From positions 18,105 through 82,104 of the forward strand of contig JAGGAC010000010.1 of assembly GCA_017889635.1 (NCBI GenBank): a stretch of 64,000 nucleotides of DNA. Reading direction: 5' to 3'. Numbering within the stretch: position 1 is the first letter of the stretch; every line of letters starts with the position of its first letter. The translations under genes and the position numbers were made by a program. A model generated the notes under the pieces. That model did not search any database. It was given only the letters and a program-made list of their open reading frames with translations, and was not told where the DNA came from. Shown piece after piece: positions 60,893 through 64,000 of this stretch. The DNA comes from Bacillota bacterium (lineage in GTDB: Bacteria > Bacillota > Negativicutes > Sporomusales > CTSoil-080).

Positions 60893-61678
60893 CTATTTCT
60901 TCCCCGACTTTAGTTTTTGATACAAAGCATATGTCAAACATTCGGCATCTTCCACTAAGCCGCCGGAAGTAACCTCTGCAATAAATAAAGAATGGGTTCC
61001 CACATCAACTGTTTTTTCAGGAATAATTCGAGCCTCCAAGTACGCAACACATTCTTTCAATATTGGGCAACCTTCACGCCCAATAATAAATCCACCCGCT
61101 TCAAATTTATTACGCTCCCGCCCGGAACTAAAGCCAAAATTACGCACAGCAGCAATATCATTTTCCCGTAAAATTGATATCGCAAGTACTCCGTTTTTCA
61201 TCACATACTCATGGGTTAGATTGCGTTTGTTGATGCCCACAGCTATAATCGACGGCTGATTGCTTATCTGGAAAACAGTATTAGCACATTGACCGTTGAT
61301 TTTATTTTCATCCTTACTTGTCACAATATAAAGACCATAGCTGATTTTTTCCAGAGCTGCTCTGTACATCCCTTCGTCTGCAGCAGCAACCGTCTTTTCG
61401 GTAAGCGCACCAGCCAAATTGGTTATCAAAACAAATTTATCAGGCCCTACCCCACATATCGGGCACACCTCTGGTGGATCATCTCCGTCATGAATATAGT
61501 CACAAACCGTACACTTCCATTGTTTTCCAGGAACAACATCTGTTTTAAGAGTATTCACTTCCGTTAGAAGCATAAAATTTTCTGGCCCTACCCCACATAT
61601 CGGGCAAACATCAGGCGGCGTGTCGCCAGTATGTTCATAACCGCAAATTTTGCATACCCATTTCTTCACAATAATCAC
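60893..61678 (-). CDS. rubredoxin-flavin reductase fusion (two rubredoxin-like CxxC…CxxC modules + flavin-reductase-like domain)
   Basis: The 261-aa ORF has two WxCxxCGY…CPxCG modules followed by an FMN-binding split-barrel pattern. Confidence 0.6.
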   Translation of the reverse strand: MIIVKKWVCKICGYEHTGDTPPDVCPICGVGPENFMLLTEVNTLKTDVVPGKQWKCTVCDYIHDGDDPPEVCPICGVGPDKFVLITNLAGALTEKTVAAADEGMYRAALEKISYGLYIVTSKDENKINGQCANTVFQISNQPSIIAVGINKRNLTHEYVMKNGVLAISILRENDIAAVRNFGFSSGRERNKFEAGGFIIGREGCPILKECVAYLEARIIPEKTVDVGTHSLFIAEVTSGGLVEDAECLTYALYQKLKSGKK

Positions 61679-61789
61679 TCCTTTTTAATATAATTTCTAC
61701 TCTTCACAATAAATTCCTTTAACACACATCTTAGCCTCCCCTATTGACAATACCATAGGTTACTGCTATATTACATATAAATGAATTTC

Positions 61790-62045
61790 GTTTAAATGCG
61801 ATGCGCGGGATAAGTAAGTCATTTTTGTTTTTCAGAGAGCCGAGGGAACGGTGCGACTTGGCAAACCGATTGACTGAAATACACCCGCAAGCTGCAGGCT
61901 GAAGGTAATAGTAGGCCGAGTCGGTAGCCGCCGTTACAGGCTTGAAGGGTTTGACCCTTCGTTAAGCGGCTTTGTATTGGCAACAAGGGTGGTACCGCGG
62001 GTTTTAAGCCCGTCCCTCATTAGGAGGGACGGGCTTTTATTTATT
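61790..62045 (+). promoter_or_regulatory. T-box riboswitch leader (Tyr) upstream of tyrS
   Basis: It has a Stem-I AGAGAG element, a likely specifier GAAAUACA (UAC), the conserved AACAAGGGTGGTACCGCGG, and a terminator AAGCCCGTCCC…GGGACGGGCTTTTATTT. Confidence 0.75.
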
Positions 62046-62074
62046 TAGTTTTCATTATAAGGAGGCTATTAATT

Positions 62075-63292
62075 GTGTCTGTTTTTGACGTTTTAAAAGA
62101 ACGCGGTTTTATTCAACAACTAACCCACGAAGATGAAATTCGCGAGCTATTCGCAAACGAAAAAGTCACCTTCTACATTGGCTTTGATCCTACAGCCGAC
62201 AGCCTACATGTCGGCCACTTCCTTGGCATGATGGTCATGGCTCATATGCAACAACATGGCCATCGCCCCATCTGTCTTATTGGCGGTGGCACGGCTATGG
62301 TTGGTGACCCCTCCGGCAAAACTGATATGCGCAAAATGATGACCCAAGAACTTATTAGCCAAAACGGCGAAAGATTCAAAACTCAAATGCAAAAATTCAT
62401 CGACTTTTCGGATGGAAAAGCACTGATGATGAACAATGCCGACTGGCTGCTCGGTCTTAATTATGTCAACTTTCTTAGGGATATCGGCGTTCACTTCTCT
62501 GTAAATCGAATGCTCACCGCCGAATGCTTTAAGCAGCGACTAGAAAAGGGCCTATCCTTTCTGGAGTTCAACTATATGCTAATGCAAGCCTACGATTTTC
62601 TTGAACTCAACCGCCGCGTTAACTGCATAATGCAAATGGGCGGCGACGATCAATGGTCCAACATTATTCAAGGCGTCGAGCTTATCCGCCGTAAAGAAAG
62701 CAAACCTGCCTACGGCCTCACATTCACCTTACTTACCACAAGCGACGGCCGGAAAATGGGTAAAACCGAGAAAGGAGCCCTTTGGCTGGATCCGGCAAAA
62801 ACCTCTCCATATGACTTCTACCAATACTGGCGCAACATTGACGATGCCGATGTAGAAAAGTGCCTGGCCCTCTTGACATTCCTGCCGATGGATGAAGTCC
62901 GTAAACTTGGAGCACTTAAGGACAAAGAAATTAATATCGCCAAAAAAGCCCTAGCCTTTGAAATTACAAAAATCGTCCATGGCCAGGAAGAAGCAAACAA
63001 AGCTCAGCAGGCAGCCGAGGCCTTGTTTGGAGGAACAGGAGCCTTAGAGAACGCCCCTACCGTTACAATTACCCTAGCCGAAGCGTCCGCTAAACTAATT
63101 GACATCCTGACAGCCAACGGAATCATTGCTTCAAAAAGCGAAGGACGACGACTCATTAGTCAAGGCGGCCTATACCTTGGTGACATCAAAATTACTGACC
63201 CAGATTTCAGTCTGAGCGCCAACCTATTTATCGACGGAAGTATACTTGTCCGTAAAGGCAAAAAGACATATCACCGCTTAGTAATTGAATAA
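62075..63292 (+). CDS. tyrS: tyrosine--tRNA ligase
   Basis: The 405-aa ORF has the HIGH-type motif [11 protein letters not shown], the KMSKS-type KMGKT, and a C-terminal S4 domain. Confidence 0.9.
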   Translation: MSVFDVLKERGFIQQLTHEDEIRELFANEKVTFYIGFDPTADSLHVGHFLGMMVMAHMQQHGHRPICLIGGGTAMVGDPSGKTDMRKMMTQELISQNGERFKTQMQKFIDFSDGKALMMNNADWLLGLNYVNFLRDIGVHFSVNRMLTAECFKQRLEKGLSFLEFNYMLMQAYDFLELNRRVNCIMQMGGDDQWSNIIQGVELIRRKESKPAYGLTFTLLTTSDGRKMGKTEKGALWLDPAKTSPYDFYQYWRNIDDADVEKCLALLTFLPMDEVRKLGALKDKEINIAKKALAFEITKIVHGQEEANKAQQAAEALFGGTGALENAPTVTITLAEASAKLIDILTANGIIASKSEGRRLISQGGLYLGDIKITDPDFSLSANLFIDGSILVRKGKKTYHRLVIE

Positions 63293-63295
63293 AGC

Positions 63296-63332
63296 AAAAT
63301 GACTGCTCAAGCTACTAGCTTGGCAGTCATTT
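63296..63332 (+). terminator. terminator after tyrS
   Basis: AAATGACTGC…GCAGTCATTT followed by TAT. Confidence 0.45.
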
Positions 63333-63546
63333 TATATCTCGTCCAGCATATCGTCATACATCAACTTTTTCCTTTGCAAATCGATATTTTTCGACAAAAA
63401 TCTTTTATTTTATTAACCCAATAACACAAACTTACTAAATTTATTAACAGCATACCCCTTTTTTATTAATTTTAATTTGATTTCTAGATTGATTTTTGTT
63501 AATCTATTTAAAGGATCATTGAATTAATGGAGGACATAATAATAAG

Positions 63547-64000
63547 ATGAACTACTTTATGACGCTTTTGTTAATGGGTTTGGTAATATTAATACACGAA
63601 TTCGGCCATTTTGTAGCTGCTTATTGGGCAAAAATTCCGATCAGAATATTTTCTATTGGCTTTGGTCCTACACTATGGAAAAAAAAGATCGGAGCAACCG
63701 AATACCGCCTGTCTTTATTACCTTTTGGAGGCTATGTATTACCTAATATCGAAACCCAAAAAGAATTTTTCCAAATTTCCCCATGGAAACGAATTATCAT
63801 GGCAGCTGGAGGACCTATTGCCAGCGCAATCTTGCCTCTCCTCTGCCTTGCCATAATAAATGTATATTGGCACGGTTTTTCCGTAGACAATTTTTTATTT
63901 AAACCTGTACTCCAATCGCTTTCGGTACTTAATAACATGGCCGCTTCACTGCACTTGATGGTTTCCCAACCTGATCAACTTACCGGCATCGTCGGCATAG
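63547..64000 (+). CDS. site-2 protease (M50 family) N-terminal part; runs off window end
   Basis: The sequence …ILIHEFGHFVAA… has the HExxH motif in TM1. The RBS is AATGGAGGA. Confidence 0.7.
   Translation, partial: MNYFMTLLLMGLVILIHEFGHFVAAYWAKIPIRIFSIGFGPTLWKKKIGATEYRLSLLPFGGYVLPNIETQKEFFQISPWKRIIMAAGGPIASAILPLLCLAIINVYWHGFSVDNFLFKPVLQSLSVLNNMAASLHLMVSQPDQLTGIVGI

Overview
This window looks like a low-to-moderate GC Firmicutes chromosome segment. It is probably from an endospore-forming Negativicutes (Sporomusa-like) organism, but that is an inference from gene content, not a database hit.

The core genes are ordinary:
- 1-7.4 kb: an aromatic amino-acid operon with a T-box leader (thrC fragment, ybaK, ACT protein, aroF, pheA), an L,D-transpeptidase, and two overlapping CobT-family paralogs.
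- 9.8-15.8 kb: GDP-fucose genes fcl and gmd, nadE and a radical SAM protein.
- The rest: two paralogous Old-Yellow-Enzyme/enoate-reductase flavoproteins, RNase J, CcdA, a repeat-containing flotillin, an SDR, patatin, panE, ilvD, tyrS with its T-box leader, an MFS transporter, a YitT-family protein and the start of an S2P protease.

Three accessory patches stand out:
- 7.5-9.8 kb: a small locus with a YjcZ-like tiny transmembrane protein, divergent sigma-K-type promoters, a Cys/His-rich 65-aa protein, a tandem Sm-like protein and an atypical kinase-like protein. This is a candidate spore-coat or novel kinase module.
- 37.1-45.0 kb: an AT-rich roughly 7.7 kb island bounded by a duplicated tRNA-Trp gene plus its terminator (imperfect direct repeats of about 110 bp). 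It carries a nine-gene minus-strand cluster of small membrane and zinc-ribbon proteins of unknown function, a frameshifted serine-recombinase C-terminal remnant, a glyoxalase and an XRE regulator. Next to the right-hand repeat is a tRNA-Gly with its T-arm deleted.
- 49.1-50.6 kb: a VRR-NUC nuclease plus a C39-like peptidase.

There are tRNA clusters at 44968-45189 (Trp, truncated Gly, Asp) and 53848-54175 (Cys, Gly, Phe, Asp), a tRNA-Leu at 51796-51884, and several palindromes and terminators. No CRISPR array and no rRNA were seen.
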